The position numbers and the translations under genes are program-made. This document shows positions 1-10,260 of a DNA stretch of 64,000 nt, piece after piece. Below the pieces are notes generated by a model that was not told where the DNA came from, did no database searches, and saw only the letters and a program-made list of their open reading frames with translations. Source of the DNA: an uncultured Clostridia bacterium (GTDB lineage: Bacteria > Bacillota > Clostridia > TANB77 > CAG-508). The DNA lies in assembly GCA_944387425.1 (NCBI GenBank), contig CALXEV010000001.1, positions 3,258 through 67,257 of the forward strand, written 5' to 3'. Positions within the stretch are counted from its first letter, which is position 1; every line of letters begins with the position of its first letter.

Positions 1-14
1 TGACTGGGACTGGA

Positions 15-521
15 ATGTATAATTATTACTATAGATATGCAATTTCTGCATTTATTAGTCTATTAATTTATTCATTAGTATCAGAACTACTTTTAAATGC
101 ATTGCAATTAGCAATTTTAGGACTAGTAACTACACTAGTTGCTAGAATAAAAATAACATTTGTAACTATTTATAATATGGCAATATATGCATTAACATTA
201 CCAACAATTCTAAATATTATATATATTGTAATAAATTATTTTACTACATTTACAACAAATTATTTCCAAGTAGCATATATAACAATAGCTTATATTTATT
301 TAGCAGCAGCAATATTTATAATAAAAGATGATTTTATAAAAAAACAACAAGAAGTAGAAAAAATTAAAGAAGAACAGAAAAAAGTAAGAGATGAAATTGA
401 AAGACAAGAACAAAAAAATCCAGAAGATAAAGAAGAAAAAAATAAAGAAGACAAAAAGAAAAAAGATGAAAAGAATGATACAAATAAAAATGATGGGGAA
501 CCAACTGGCTCAGAAGCTTAG
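15..521 (+). CDS. Hypothetical multi-TM membrane protein with Lys/Glu-rich C-terminal tail; ORF is open to the window start so may be 5' truncated
   Basis: ORF track; hydrophobic segments then KEEQKK-rich tail; no in-frame stop upstream of the first ATG. Confidence 0.4.
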   Translation: MYNYYYRYAISAFISLLIYSLVSELLLNALQLAILGLVTTLVARIKITFVTIYNMAIYALTLPTILNIIYIVINYFTTFTTNYFQVAYITIAYIYLAAAIFIIKDDFIKKQQEVEKIKEEQKKVRDEIERQEQKNPEDKEEKNKEDKKKKDEKNDTNKNDGEPTGSEA

Positions 522-526
522 AAAGG

Positions 527-2353
527 ATGATTTTGATAATGAAACAAGATAAAAATGAAAACCCAAAAAATAACGATAAAATTTCAACTTTAATAAATAT
601 ATTGCCAATATTAATTTTAATATTAGTAGTTGTGTTAGTTGCATTTTTCTTTATTAGAGATGAGATAGAAAGAAATTCTACCGAAAACAAGATAGCATAT
701 ACAGATTTGGTAAAAGAAATAGACAATGGCAATGTAGAAAAAATAGAAATGACTGTAGGAAGTACAACATTAAGAGTTAAATTAAAAGGTCAAGAAGAAG
801 AAAAAGAAGCTATAATACCAAGTACACAAGTATTTATGGAATTAGTACAACAAAAAGCATTAGAAGGAAATGAAATAAATTTAGTACAGAAATCTCAGAG
901 TAAATTTCAACAAATTCCATCATATTTTTTCACACTCTTGCCAACATTACTAATGATTGTAGTAATAATAATGATATTTAAAATGCAAGGAATTGGAGAA
1001 AAAGGACAAGTATACGATGACACAGCTAGAAAAACAAAAACAACTTTTGATGATATAGCTGGATTAGACGAGGAAAAAGAAGAATTAAAAGAGATTGTTG
1101 AGTTTTTAAAGCAACCTAAGAGATTTACAGAAATGGGAGCAAAAATACCAAAAGGAGTTTTATTATATGGTAAACCTGGAACAGGAAAAACATTAATAGC
1201 AAAAGCCATAGCAGGTGAAGCAAATGTTCCATTTATATCAATGAGTGGATCAGAATTTATTGAAATGTTTGCAGGTTTAGGAGCCTCAAGAGTAAGAAAA
1301 CTTTTCGAAAAAGCAAGAAAATTATCTCCATGTATAGTATTTATTGACGAAATAGATGCAATAGGTTCAAGAAGAACAAGCAATAGTGGAGCAGAAACAG
1401 AAAATAACCAAACATTAAATCAATTACTAGTTGAAATGGATGGATTTTCTTCAGAAGAAACAATAATAATTTTAGCAGCTACAAATAGACCAGAAATGCT
1501 AGATAAAGCTTTACTAAGACCAGGAAGATTTGACAGACAAATAACAATTCCAGCTCCTGATTTAAGAGGAAGAGAAGAAATATTAAGAATACACAGCAAA
1601 GATAAAAAATTAGCAGATGATGTAACTCTACATGGTATTGCAGAAGATACAGCAGGATTTACAGGTGCCGAATTAGCAAATATATTAAATGAAGCAGCAA
1701 TAATAGCAACAAAGAAAAATCATGAAGCAATAACAAATACTGACTTAGATGAAGCTGTAAAAAAAGTAACAGTCGGAATTGAAAAAACGAGTAGAAAAAT
1801 TTCCGAAAAAGATAAGAAACTAACAGCATATCATGAAGCTGGACATGCAATAGTAAGCCAATTCTTACCAACTCAAACAGCAGTAAAAGAAGTATCAATA
1901 ATTCCTAGAGGAGTTGCTGGAGGATACACAATGTATAAATCAGATGAAGACAAATACTATGTATCAAAAACAGAAATGGAAGAAAAACTTATTGCATTAT
2001 TAGGAGGAAGAGCAGCAGAACAACTAATTTTAAATGATATTTCAACAGGAGCAAGCAATGACATAGAAGTAGCAACAAAAATCGCAAAAGACATGGTAAC
2101 AGTATATGGAATGAGCGATATAGTTGGACCAATATCTTTAAAAGATAATGAAGGACAATTAGAATATCAATTATTTGGTGAAGACATGCAAGATGTTGTT
2201 GGAAAGGAAGTTAAAAAACTTATAGATATAGCTTATAGAAATGCTCAAGAAATATTAAAGCAAAATATAGACACATTACATGCAATAGCTCAAGAATTGA
2301 TGACAAAAGAAAAAATAAATGAAGAAGAATTTAATAAATTCTTTAATAATTAA
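527..2353 (+). CDS. ftsH: ATP-dependent zinc metalloprotease FtsH (alternative start at 539, better spaced from the AAAGGA RBS)
   Basis: N-terminal TM segment, AAA+ Walker A GKPGTGKT, SRH region, HEAGHA zinc-binding motif. Confidence 0.95.
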   Translation: MILIMKQDKNENPKNNDKISTLINILPILILILVVVLVAFFFIRDEIERNSTENKIAYTDLVKEIDNGNVEKIEMTVGSTTLRVKLKGQEEEKEAIIPSTQVFMELVQQKALEGNEINLVQKSQSKFQQIPSYFFTLLPTLLMIVVIIMIFKMQGIGEKGQVYDDTARKTKTTFDDIAGLDEEKEELKEIVEFLKQPKRFTEMGAKIPKGVLLYGKPGTGKTLIAKAIAGEANVPFISMSGSEFIEMFAGLGASRVRKLFEKARKLSPCIVFIDEIDAIGSRRTSNSGAETENNQTLNQLLVEMDGFSSEETIIILAATNRPEMLDKALLRPGRFDRQITIPAPDLRGREEILRIHSKDKKLADDVTLHGIAEDTAGFTGAELANILNEAAIIATKKNHEAITNTDLDEAVKKVTVGIEKTSRKISEKDKKLTAYHEAGHAIVSQFLPTQTAVKEVSIIPRGVAGGYTMYKSDEDKYYVSKTEMEEKLIALLGGRAAEQLILNDISTGASNDIEVATKIAKDMVTVYGMSDIVGPISLKDNEGQLEYQLFGEDMQDVVGKEVKKLIDIAYRNAQEILKQNIDTLHAIAQELMTKEKINEEEFNKFFNN

Positions 2354-2376
2354 AATAGAAGGGAACGTGAGAAAAA

Positions 2377-3132
2377 ATGAACACTTTTGCTGAATACATT
2401 TTAAATGAAAAAGATTTAATATCAAAAATTGAAATAATCTATTTTTTAGCTCCAAAATTAGATATAAAAATAGATAAATCAATAATATTTAAAACTGAAA
2501 TAGCCAGAATGTTTTTAAAATATACAAAGGCAAAATTAGATAACAACTTGGTTCTTACAGCATGTTTATTATGTAATTGTAAAAAAGTTGACAATGCACA
2601 AAAACTTGGAAAAGTGGAAACATACGCAATAGAAGGTGCAGAACATCTAAAAAAATTAGGATTTGATGAAAGATTTTGTAGAATATGTGAAGGAGTAAAC
2701 AGATATAGTGGAATTTCTCCAAGAGAGCCTGAAAGTGATATTTTAGAATTGGCAGACCAATTTGGAGCTATGCTTATGGATAGACCAGAGAGAGTTGGAT
2801 TTGCACCAGATGAAGCACTAGTATTACTTGAACACAGAAACTTAAAATCTCAGTACAATAGATATCTTGAAATATTTAGAAAGTTTGTAGAAGATATGGA
2901 TAATGTAGATGTTCAAGGAATAGTAAATTCAACAGTTTTTGCAAGACTACAAAAATTAGTAAGAGAATCAAAAGATGTTCCTGATTTTGTAAGAAAATTA
3001 GCAGTTAGTTATTCAGCAAATGTTGACGAAAAAATAAACGAATTCACAGAAAACAAAAGAAATTTAGAAAATGTTGCAATGTTTAGTAGCGAAACAGAAG
3101 CCAAAATATTAAACAAACAGTTAAATTATTAA
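2377..3132 (+). CDS. Hypothetical protein (251 aa), function not recognised
   Basis: ORF with GAAGGGA RBS upstream; AT-rich backbone codon usage. Confidence 0.5.
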   Translation: MNTFAEYILNEKDLISKIEIIYFLAPKLDIKIDKSIIFKTEIARMFLKYTKAKLDNNLVLTACLLCNCKKVDNAQKLGKVETYAIEGAEHLKKLGFDERFCRICEGVNRYSGISPREPESDILELADQFGAMLMDRPERVGFAPDEALVLLEHRNLKSQYNRYLEIFRKFVEDMDNVDVQGIVNSTVFARLQKLVRESKDVPDFVRKLAVSYSANVDEKINEFTENKRNLENVAMFSSETEAKILNKQLNY

Positions 3133-3153
3133 TAGACGAAAGGAAACAATAAG

Positions 3154-4347
3154 ATGTACGAAGTATTTGCAGATTTACATGTTCATATAGGAAGAAGCGA
3201 AAATGGAAAACCAATAAAAATAACAGCAGCAAGAAGCTTAAACTTTGCTAATATTGCTAAAGAATGTGCTGAAAGAAAAGGAATTAATATAGTAGGAATA
3301 ATAGATTGTGCTTCACCATATGTAATAGAAGATATTGAAAACTTTCTAAAAACTGGAGAAGCTTATGAGTTAGAAGATGGAGGAATAATCTATAAAGATA
3401 AGGTATGTATTCTATTAGGAAGTGAAGTTGAAACATCTGAAAAAGGAAGAAACGGAAACTCAGGAAGTGCGCACAATCTATGTTTCTTTCCACATTTAAG
3501 TGATATAAAAAAATTCTCAAAAGAAATGAGTACACACATAAAAAATATTACTCTAAGTACTCAAAGGTCAAATGTATCAGGATATGAATTAATAGATATT
3601 GTCGAAAAATATAATGGAATATTAATACCAGCACATATATTTACACCATTTAAGAGCTATTACGGTAATTGTACAGATAGATTAGAAAATATATTTAAAG
3701 AAAAATATGACAAAATATTTGCTGTAGAATTAGGATTAAGTTCAGATACATATTTAGCAGATATGATTTCAGAATTAGAATCAAAAACATTTGTAACTAA
3801 TTCAGATGCACATTCTTTGCCTAAAATAGCAAGAGAATATAATAAAATGCTTGTTGAAGATATAAGTTTTAAAGAAGTTGTAAAGGCATTAAAAAATGAA
3901 GATGGAAGGAAAATATTAGCAAATTATGGACTAGACCCAAAACTTGGAAAATATCATAGAACACATTGCGACAACTGTGATTCTACAATAGAAACAAAAG
4001 AACCTGTATCAGTATGTCCAAAATGTGGAAGTAATAAAGTTACCTTTGGAGTGTTTGATAGAATTGAATTAATAAAAGATAAAGAAACAACAAAAAGCCC
4101 AGAAAATAGGCCACCATATATTTATCAAATACCATTATCATTTATTCCAGGAGTTGGTGGAAAAACAATCGAAAAATTACTTGAAACATTTGAAACAGAA
4201 ATGAACATTTTACATAAATTATCTGAAGATGATATAGAAGCAGTAGTAGGCAAAAAAGTCGCACATAGTATTGAAAATGCTCGTGAGGGAAAAGTTAAAG
4301 TTGAAGCCGGTGGTGGAGGCAACTATGGAAAAATTACAGGAGCATAA
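3154..4347 (+). CDS. PHP-domain protein with C4 zinc finger, endonuclease Q-like (TIGR00375-type)
   Basis: N-terminal DLHVHIG PHP-type metal-binding motif; CDNC..CPKCG zinc finger; about 400 aa; AAAGGA RBS. Confidence 0.5.
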   Translation: MYEVFADLHVHIGRSENGKPIKITAARSLNFANIAKECAERKGINIVGIIDCASPYVIEDIENFLKTGEAYELEDGGIIYKDKVCILLGSEVETSEKGRNGNSGSAHNLCFFPHLSDIKKFSKEMSTHIKNITLSTQRSNVSGYELIDIVEKYNGILIPAHIFTPFKSYYGNCTDRLENIFKEKYDKIFAVELGLSSDTYLADMISELESKTFVTNSDAHSLPKIAREYNKMLVEDISFKEVVKALKNEDGRKILANYGLDPKLGKYHRTHCDNCDSTIETKEPVSVCPKCGSNKVTFGVFDRIELIKDKETTKSPENRPPYIYQIPLSFIPGVGGKTIEKLLETFETEMNILHKLSEDDIEAVVGKKVAHSIENAREGKVKVEAGGGGNYGKITGA

Positions 4348-4417
4348 ATAAAAATGTTCTAAAAAGAATCTTTATTGAATAGACATTATGTATAAACTTA
4401 CAGTTTAAATAAGGAGA

Positions 4418-5053
4418 ATGTCTATGCAAAAGAGGAAGAACGAAATTTTTACAATTGTTAAAGACGACATAAAAAATAATTTAAAATCATATGCAATAAT
4501 TGTTATAATATTTACAGTAGGAATTTTTTTAGGAGTACTGTTTATAAATCAAACAGAACAAAAAGAAGAAATAACAGAATATATAAATACATATATTGAA
4601 CATACCAAAACAATCCAAAATGGTGATTTTTTTGGAGAGTTAAAAGATGATATAAAAGGAAATATATTATTAGTTTTATTATTATGGTTTTCAGGAACAA
4701 CAATAATAGGAATTCCAATAGTTTTTGGAATATTACTATTTAGAGGATTTTGCTTAGGATACACAATTGCATCATGTGTATATGTATTAGGCAAAATTAA
4801 AGGCTTAATATTTGTTTTAATAACAATATTTTTACAAAATATAATATTTATTCCTGCTATAATCATCTTGGGAGTAAGTAGTATTAAATTATATACATCA
4901 ATAATAAAAGATAGAAGAAAAGAAAATATAAAATTATCAATCTTGAAGCATAGCATAAGGACTGTTTTCATATTAATTGCATTAATTTTATCTTCTATAA
5001 TTAAAATCGGAATTTCATATAAATTAATAATAGAATTAATAAAATATTTTTAA
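4418..5053 (+). CDS. spoIIM: Stage II sporulation protein M-like integral membrane protein
   Basis: About 210 aa multi-TM protein; lies immediately upstream of xerD as in Bacillus (spoIIM...ripX); AAGGAG RBS. Confidence 0.5.
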   Translation: MSMQKRKNEIFTIVKDDIKNNLKSYAIIVIIFTVGIFLGVLFINQTEQKEEITEYINTYIEHTKTIQNGDFFGELKDDIKGNILLVLLLWFSGTTIIGIPIVFGILLFRGFCLGYTIASCVYVLGKIKGLIFVLITIFLQNIIFIPAIIILGVSSIKLYTSIIKDRRKENIKLSILKHSIRTVFILIALILSSIIKIGISYKLIIELIKYF

Positions 5054-5169
5054 AAATTCCATAAAAGCTATTTACAATTTTGTGAAAATTTGATATAACA
5101 TGAAGTATATCAGTTATGTAAAATTCTAGATATACATACAATAATAATTTAACATAGGTGGGGGAAAAA

Positions 5170-6051
5170 ATGGAAGAACAATTAAACTTATTTTTTGGAT
5201 TTTTAGAGAATGATAAAAAGGTATCAAGCAATACCCTTCAATCATACAAAAGAGACTTAAAGCAATTTGAAAAATATATACAAGAAAAAGGAGAAGACTA
5301 CAGTAAAATAACAGATGAAGGAATAAAAACATATATCAAATATATGCAAGAAATAGGTAAAAAACCATCAACAATATCAAGAGGATTAGCATCAATTAGA
5401 TCATTTTACCAATATGAGGTAAAAGAACAAAAAATTGAAAAAGACCCAACAGAAGGAATTCAATCACCTAAAATAGAAAAAAGAGTACCAAGTGTACTAA
5501 CATCAAATGAAGTAGCATTATTATTGGAACAACCAAAAAATGTTGACTTAAAAGGAACAAGAGATAAAGCAATGTTAGAATTTGCTTATGCTACAGGAAT
5601 GAGAGTAACAGAAATAATATCATTAAATATAGAAGATGTAGATTTAGAAAGAGGATATGCTACTTGTAGAAATGGTAAAAAAGAAAGAACAGTACCATTA
5701 GGAAACATCTCATTAAAAGCATTAAAAGATTATGTACAAAATGCAAGAGATGTTATGATTAAAGATAAAAATGAAAAAGCATTATTTGTTAATGTTAATG
5801 GACAAAGATTAACAAGACAAGGATTTTGGAAAATAATAAAATACTATAAGGAACAAGCTCATATAGAAAAAGATATAACACCACATGTTTTAAGACATTC
5901 ATTTGCAACACATCTTTTACAAAATGGAGCAGACTTAAAATCAATTCAAACAATGTTAGGACATTCAGATATATTATCAACACAAATTTATATGCAATTT
6001 CAAGATGAAACTTTGAAAAATGTATATAAAAAAGCTCATCCAAGAGCATAG
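5170..6051 (+). CDS. xerD: Tyrosine recombinase XerD/XerC family
   Basis: C-terminal HVLRHSFATHLL...LGHSDILSTQIY catalytic motif with terminal Tyr; ATG at 5170 after GGTGGGGG RBS (ORF track gives GTG at 5158). Confidence 0.85.
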   Translation: MEEQLNLFFGFLENDKKVSSNTLQSYKRDLKQFEKYIQEKGEDYSKITDEGIKTYIKYMQEIGKKPSTISRGLASIRSFYQYEVKEQKIEKDPTEGIQSPKIEKRVPSVLTSNEVALLLEQPKNVDLKGTRDKAMLEFAYATGMRVTEIISLNIEDVDLERGYATCRNGKKERTVPLGNISLKALKDYVQNARDVMIKDKNEKALFVNVNGQRLTRQGFWKIIKYYKEQAHIEKDITPHVLRHSFATHLLQNGADLKSIQTMLGHSDILSTQIYMQFQDETLKNVYKKAHPRA

Positions 6052-6078
6052 AAATAGTAAAAAATATAATTTTGTAAA

Positions 6079-6104
6079 ATGCCTCAATAATGAGGCTTTT
6101 TTCT
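6079..6104 (+). terminator. Rho-independent terminator after xerD
   Basis: GCCTCA-ATAA-TGAGGC hairpin followed by TTTTTT. Confidence 0.6.
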
Positions 6105-6134
6105 ATTAAAAATCAGATTTTTTAGGAGGATGAA

Positions 6135-6710
6135 ATGAAAGAAATAATAATTGCTTCAAATAATAAAGGAAAAATAAAAGAAGCTCAAGAAATTTTAAAA
6201 GACTATAAAATAATTGCAATGAAAGAAGCTGGAATTAATATAGATGTTGAAGAAGATAAAGATACATTTGAAGGAAATGCGATAAAAAAAGCTGAAACAA
6301 TATCAAAAATTGCACAAGGAAAACCATGCATCGCAGATGATTCAGGAATAGAAATAGAATACTTAAAAGGTTTCCCAGGAGTACATACAAAAAGATGGTT
6401 AGACGGAACAGATAGAGAAAGAAATGAAGCAATATTAGAAAAACTTAAAGATGTTTCAAAAAAAAATAGAAAAGTTAAATTTGTTACAGCTATTGCAATT
6501 TCAAATGGAAAAAAATCTGATGTAGTAGTAGAAAATATTGATGGATACATTTCTGAGAATATTAGAGGAGAAAACGGATTTGGATTTGATGAAATATTTG
6601 AACTAGAAAATGGTAAAACATTAGCAGAACTTACAAATGCAGAAAAAAATGAGATAAGTGCAAGGAGAAAAGCTTTAAACAAAATTTACAATATAATGGA
6701 AAAGTATTGA
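6135..6710 (+). CDS. rdgB: Non-canonical purine NTP pyrophosphatase (RdgB/Ham1 family)
   Basis: N-terminal IIIASNNKGKIKE motif, about 190 aa, AGGAGG RBS. Confidence 0.85.
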   Translation: MKEIIIASNNKGKIKEAQEILKDYKIIAMKEAGINIDVEEDKDTFEGNAIKKAETISKIAQGKPCIADDSGIEIEYLKGFPGVHTKRWLDGTDRERNEAILEKLKDVSKKNRKVKFVTAIAISNGKKSDVVVENIDGYISENIRGENGFGFDEIFELENGKTLAELTNAEKNEISARRKALNKIYNIMEKY

Positions 6711-6814
6711 TTTTTTGTCAATTTTATGTTAATATATATTCGTTATGCATTTGCATAATAGTAGTAAGTGTTTTCCATAGCACAACAACCGAAAAAAATA
6801 AAAGGAGGCAAATT

Positions 6815-8344
6815 ATGGAATTCTTACGGAACTTACTCTCTGGGCCGACTATTGGAATAATCATTGCGATTATTGCCATTGTCGTCATTTTAACGACTGG
6901 TTATCTCAAGGCTCCGCCTGATACAGCAATCATCATTTCCGGTATCGGAAAGAAACCAAGAATTTTGATTGGCAGGGCAGGTTTGCGGATTCCCTTCTTC
7001 GAGAGGATTGACAGACTTACCTTGAAGCAGATTAATATCAACTTTAGAACAGAAGACTACATCCCCACAAAGGATTATATCAACATCACAGTGGATGCTG
7101 TAGCAAAAGTTCATGTCGACATGGAGAAAATCGCAGTGGCAATGACCAACTTCCTCAATAAGAGTGAGGATGAGATTATTGCAGACCTGCAAGGCACATT
7201 GCAAGGTAATATGCGTGAAATCATTGGTACTATGTACCTTAAAGAAATCTGTAATGACAGAAGTTCTTTTAGCGACAAGGTAAAAGAAAGTGCTAGTCCT
7301 AACATGAGCAACCTTGGTATTGAGATTTTGTCTTGTAATATTCAGACAATCTCTGACCGCAATAACCTGATTGAAGATATGGGTATGGATAATACCAGTA
7401 AGATCAAGAAGGATGCGGCTATTGCCAAGGCAGAATCTGAAAGAGATGTCGCTATTGCGGAGGCTCAGGCCAAAAAAGCTGCTAATGATGCAAGAGTTGA
7501 AGCTGAAACTCAGATTGCTGAGAAAAATAACCAGCTTGCAATTAAACAGTCCCAGCTCAAGATTTCTGCTGATATGAAGAAGGCAGAAGCTGATGCTGCC
7601 TACAAGATTCAGGAACAAGAACAGCGTAGAACCATCGAAGTCAACTCCGTAAATGCTGACATTGCTCGGCAGGAGCGTGAGGCTGAACTCAAGAAAGTCG
7701 AAGTTCAAGTTACTGAGCAAGCTCTTGATGCCGAAGTCAAGAAAAAGGCAGATGCTGAACAGTATGCTCAGCAAAAGAGGGCTGAAGTTGAACTCTTCCA
7801 GCGTCAGAGAGATGCTGATGCTAAAGCATACGAGATTCAGAAAGAAGCTGAAGCCATGAGAGCCAAAGCTGAAGCTGAAAAGTATGCTGCTGAACAGAAG
7901 GCTGCAGGTATTCGCACTATTGGTGAAGCTGAAGCTGCTGCTGTCAAGGCAAAAGGTCTTGCTGAAGCAGAAGGCATCGACAAAAAGGCTGAAGCCATGA
8001 GAAAAATGGGTGAAGCCTCTGTTTTGGAGATGTTCTTCAAGGCCTATCCTGAGGTTATGGCAGCTGCTGCCAAGCCTTTGGAGAATGTTGGCAACATTAC
8101 GATGTATGGAGAAGGCAATTCTGCTAAGTTGATTGGCGACATTGTCAACTCCGGAACACAGGTCATGAGTGGCGTGGAACAGGCAACTGGGCTTGATATT
8201 AAAGCACTTCTGTCTGGTTTCCTTGGCGGAAAGTTCGCTGGATCGAATTCCAGCGATGACACGAAAGCTTCTGATAAGTCTTCTTCGGAAGAGAAGTCTG
8301 TGGCTGGACTCGGGTTTGATGTTGACGAAACTGTAAAGTTTTGA
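6815..8344 (+). CDS. floT: Flotillin-like SPFH/band-7 protein (FloT/YuaG-like) with Ala/Glu-rich coiled-coil region; high-GC island
   Basis: N-terminal TM then SPFH domain then AEAEA-rich repeats; AGGAGG RBS before ATG at 6815 (ORF track start 6707 overlaps rdgB); GC about 45% against a backbone of about 28%. Confidence 0.85.
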   Translation: MEFLRNLLSGPTIGIIIAIIAIVVILTTGYLKAPPDTAIIISGIGKKPRILIGRAGLRIPFFERIDRLTLKQININFRTEDYIPTKDYINITVDAVAKVHVDMEKIAVAMTNFLNKSEDEIIADLQGTLQGNMREIIGTMYLKEICNDRSSFSDKVKESASPNMSNLGIEILSCNIQTISDRNNLIEDMGMDNTSKIKKDAAIAKAESERDVAIAEAQAKKAANDARVEAETQIAEKNNQLAIKQSQLKISADMKKAEADAAYKIQEQEQRRTIEVNSVNADIARQEREAELKKVEVQVTEQALDAEVKKKADAEQYAQQKRAEVELFQRQRDADAKAYEIQKEAEAMRAKAEAEKYAAEQKAAGIRTIGEAEAAAVKAKGLAEAEGIDKKAEAMRKMGEASVLEMFFKAYPEVMAAAAKPLENVGNITMYGEGNSAKLIGDIVNSGTQVMSGVEQATGLDIKALLSGFLGGKFAGSNSSDDTKASDKSSSEEKSVAGLGFDVDETVKF

Positions 8345-8387
8345 AAACATGAGTGAAGAGTAAGAAAGTAAGTAATTAAACTAAACA

Positions 8388-8420
8388 AAATAGGAGTGGG
8401 CAATGCCTGCTCCTATTTTG
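8388..8420 (+). terminator. Rho-independent terminator after flotillin gene
   Basis: ATAGGAG...CTCCTAT stem followed by TTTT. Confidence 0.6.
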
Positions 8421-8427
8421 GCTTAAA

Positions 8428-8462
8428 ATTTGTCACAGGGACGGTCCTTAATGGCAAAAAAG
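8428..8462. repeat. Degenerate copy of the TGNCA-GGxCGGTCC-AATGG-CAAAAAAG intergenic repeat family (locus E)
   Basis: ttgtcacagggacggtccttaatggcaaaaaag resembles the units at 10711, 26920, 38696 and 39801. Confidence 0.4.
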
Positions 8463-8478
8463 TTTGAACAATAAATTA

Positions 8479-8507
8479 TTGACATAAAATGTCAAATAAT
8501 ATATAAT
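8479..8507 (+). promoter_or_regulatory. Sigma-70-type promoter (TTGACA-N17-TATAAT) upstream of the rsmF-like gene
   Basis: Perfect -35 and -10 hexamers with 17-nt spacer. Confidence 0.55.
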
Positions 8508-8591
8508 GTAACTGTTTACTTTTTAAACAGTACTTTGAATAACACTACAAAATGAAAGGAGTGTATGATTACAAAGTCATACAAATAAAAT

Positions 8592-9479
8592 ATGCCAGAA
8601 ATAATACCACAATTTTTAAAAGAAATGTTAGTTAATCAATATGGACAAGAAACAACAAAAAAAATAATAAAAGGATATGTTAAAAAAGTTGTAACAATAA
8701 GAATCAATACTATAAAAACAAATAGACAAGAAATAATAGATAAACTAAAAAATGCACAAATTGAATTTGATGAAATCGAATATAACAACAATGCTCTTAT
8801 AATAAGAAATAAAAATGAAGAAGATTTAAGAAAACTAGATGTGTATGAAAATGGAGAAATATACATGCAAAGCCTATCTTCTATGTTACCTCCAATTGTA
8901 TTAGAACCAAAAGAAAAAGAAAATATACTAGATATGACTGCTGCACCTGGAGGAAAGACAACACAAATGTCTGCAATGACTGATAATAAGGCATATATAA
9001 CAGCATGTGAAAAAAATAAAATTAGAGCAGAAAGATTAAAATACAATTTGCAAAAGCAAGGTGCTAAGATGGTAAATGTTATGCAAGAAGATGCTCGTAA
9101 ATTAAGTGACTATTTCTCATTTGACAAAATACTATTAGATGCACCATGTAGTGGAAGCGGAACAGAAAATGTTTTGAATGCGAAATTCACAGAAGAACTA
9201 ATTGAAAGGTCTGTAAAAACACAAGAGGAACTATTAAAAAAAGCTTTAAAGATTTTAAAACCTGGTGGAGAAATGGTATATTCAACATGCTCAATACTTA
9301 AACAAGAAAATGAAGATCTTTTAAAGAAATTTTTGAAAAAATCAAAAATAGAGATTATGCCAATCAATTTAACAGACGAAATACCTATGCTTCCAACAAC
9401 TTTGAAGGGAACAGTATGTGTTTGTCCAACAGAAATCTATGAAGGTTTCTTTGTGGCAAAAATAAAAAAATTATTTTAG
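8592..9479 (+). CDS. RsmB/RsmF (NOP2/Sun) family rRNA cytosine-C5 methyltransferase
   Basis: SAM-binding DMTAAPGGKT motif and catalytic LDAPCSGSG / STCS motifs. Confidence 0.8.
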   Translation: MPEIIPQFLKEMLVNQYGQETTKKIIKGYVKKVVTIRINTIKTNRQEIIDKLKNAQIEFDEIEYNNNALIIRNKNEEDLRKLDVYENGEIYMQSLSSMLPPIVLEPKEKENILDMTAAPGGKTTQMSAMTDNKAYITACEKNKIRAERLKYNLQKQGAKMVNVMQEDARKLSDYFSFDKILLDAPCSGSGTENVLNAKFTEELIERSVKTQEELLKKALKILKPGGEMVYSTCSILKQENEDLLKKFLKKSKIEIMPINLTDEIPMLPTTLKGTVCVCPTEIYEGFFVAKIKKLF

Positions 9480-9561
9480 AAATTTTACTCATCTATGATT
9501 GATATTTAATTTTTTTTATGCTAGTATGTATACATAGAATAATATTGAAAGGGGAAATCAT

Positions 9562-10200
9562 ATGAAAAAGAGTAGTAAAATAACTATCATAATATGTGTT
9601 ATACTAGTATTTCTTGGCATAGTAGGCTATTTTATAGTTGATTACATTTTAGATAAAGATTTAGAAGAACAAAGACAACAACTACAAAGTTTAATTGACC
9701 AATATGGGATAGTAGAGGAAGAAAATGTTAGCACGATTGTCGCAAAATTTAATACAAAAGTTATGGAGAGTAGCACTCAGTATCCAGCAAGCGACAGTTA
9801 TTCTTCTACAGAAAACAATTTATATTGGTATTCATTACATGAAGATATATATTTATGTATTAAACCATTTGAATTTACAGGAGATAGAGAAAAAGACATT
9901 GTTGATATGGCAGCAATACACTATACAAAAGGTTCACAATTTGAAAACATAGCTACTGAACTTGCTAAAAGTTTAATAAAAGCCAATAATTCTGAAATAA
10001 CTGATGAAGAAGTAGAAAAATTGATTACAGACGCAAAAGAAGTATCAACCGAAAAAAAAGGTGCAAATAATGGAAATGGAATTTCTGTAGCTTTTGCTGA
10101 AAACGAAACAGATTGTGAATTTCAAGTTGTAAGACTATTATCACAAGAACGGAATATAATAAAGAATCCTCTATATGAGGATTTTTTTCTTTATAAAATA
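9562..10200 (+). CDS. N-terminally membrane-anchored hypothetical protein; no in-frame stop, so the ORF reads through into the downstream MntR-like gene
   Basis: AAAGGGGA RBS, single TM helix; an out-of-frame TAA at 10156-10158 sits just before the terminator hairpin. Confidence 0.45.
10163..10190 (+). terminator. Intrinsic terminator-like hairpin embedded in the 9562-10713 ORF
   Basis: AATCCTC-TATAT-GAGGATT followed by TTTTTTT. Confidence 0.5.
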
Positions 10201-10229
10201 TTGACAAACCACAATAAAAATAATATAAT
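10201..10229 (+). promoter_or_regulatory. Consensus sigma-70 promoter (TTGACA-N17-TATAAT) inside the continuous ORF, upstream of the MntR-like start
   Basis: Perfect hexamers; AAAGGAG RBS follows at about 10247 before ATG 10261. Confidence 0.6.
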
Positions 10230-10260
10230 GTTAACCGAAGTTAACAAAAGGAGCAAAAAT

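Noticed and set aside
907-1383. 158-aa - strand ORF inside ftsH and similar long antisense ORFs (27362-27976, 32331-32852, 59717-60169, 10916-11401)
   Set aside because: These are antisense to strongly supported conserved CDSs (ftsH, dnaE, mgtA, clpB, sufC). They have low-complexity translations and no RBS.
6890-8350. 486-aa - strand ORF covering the flotillin gene
   Set aside because: It is antisense to a well-supported flotillin CDS and arises only because the locally high GC depletes stop codons. It has Ser/Leu/Phe-rich low-complexity translation and no RBS.
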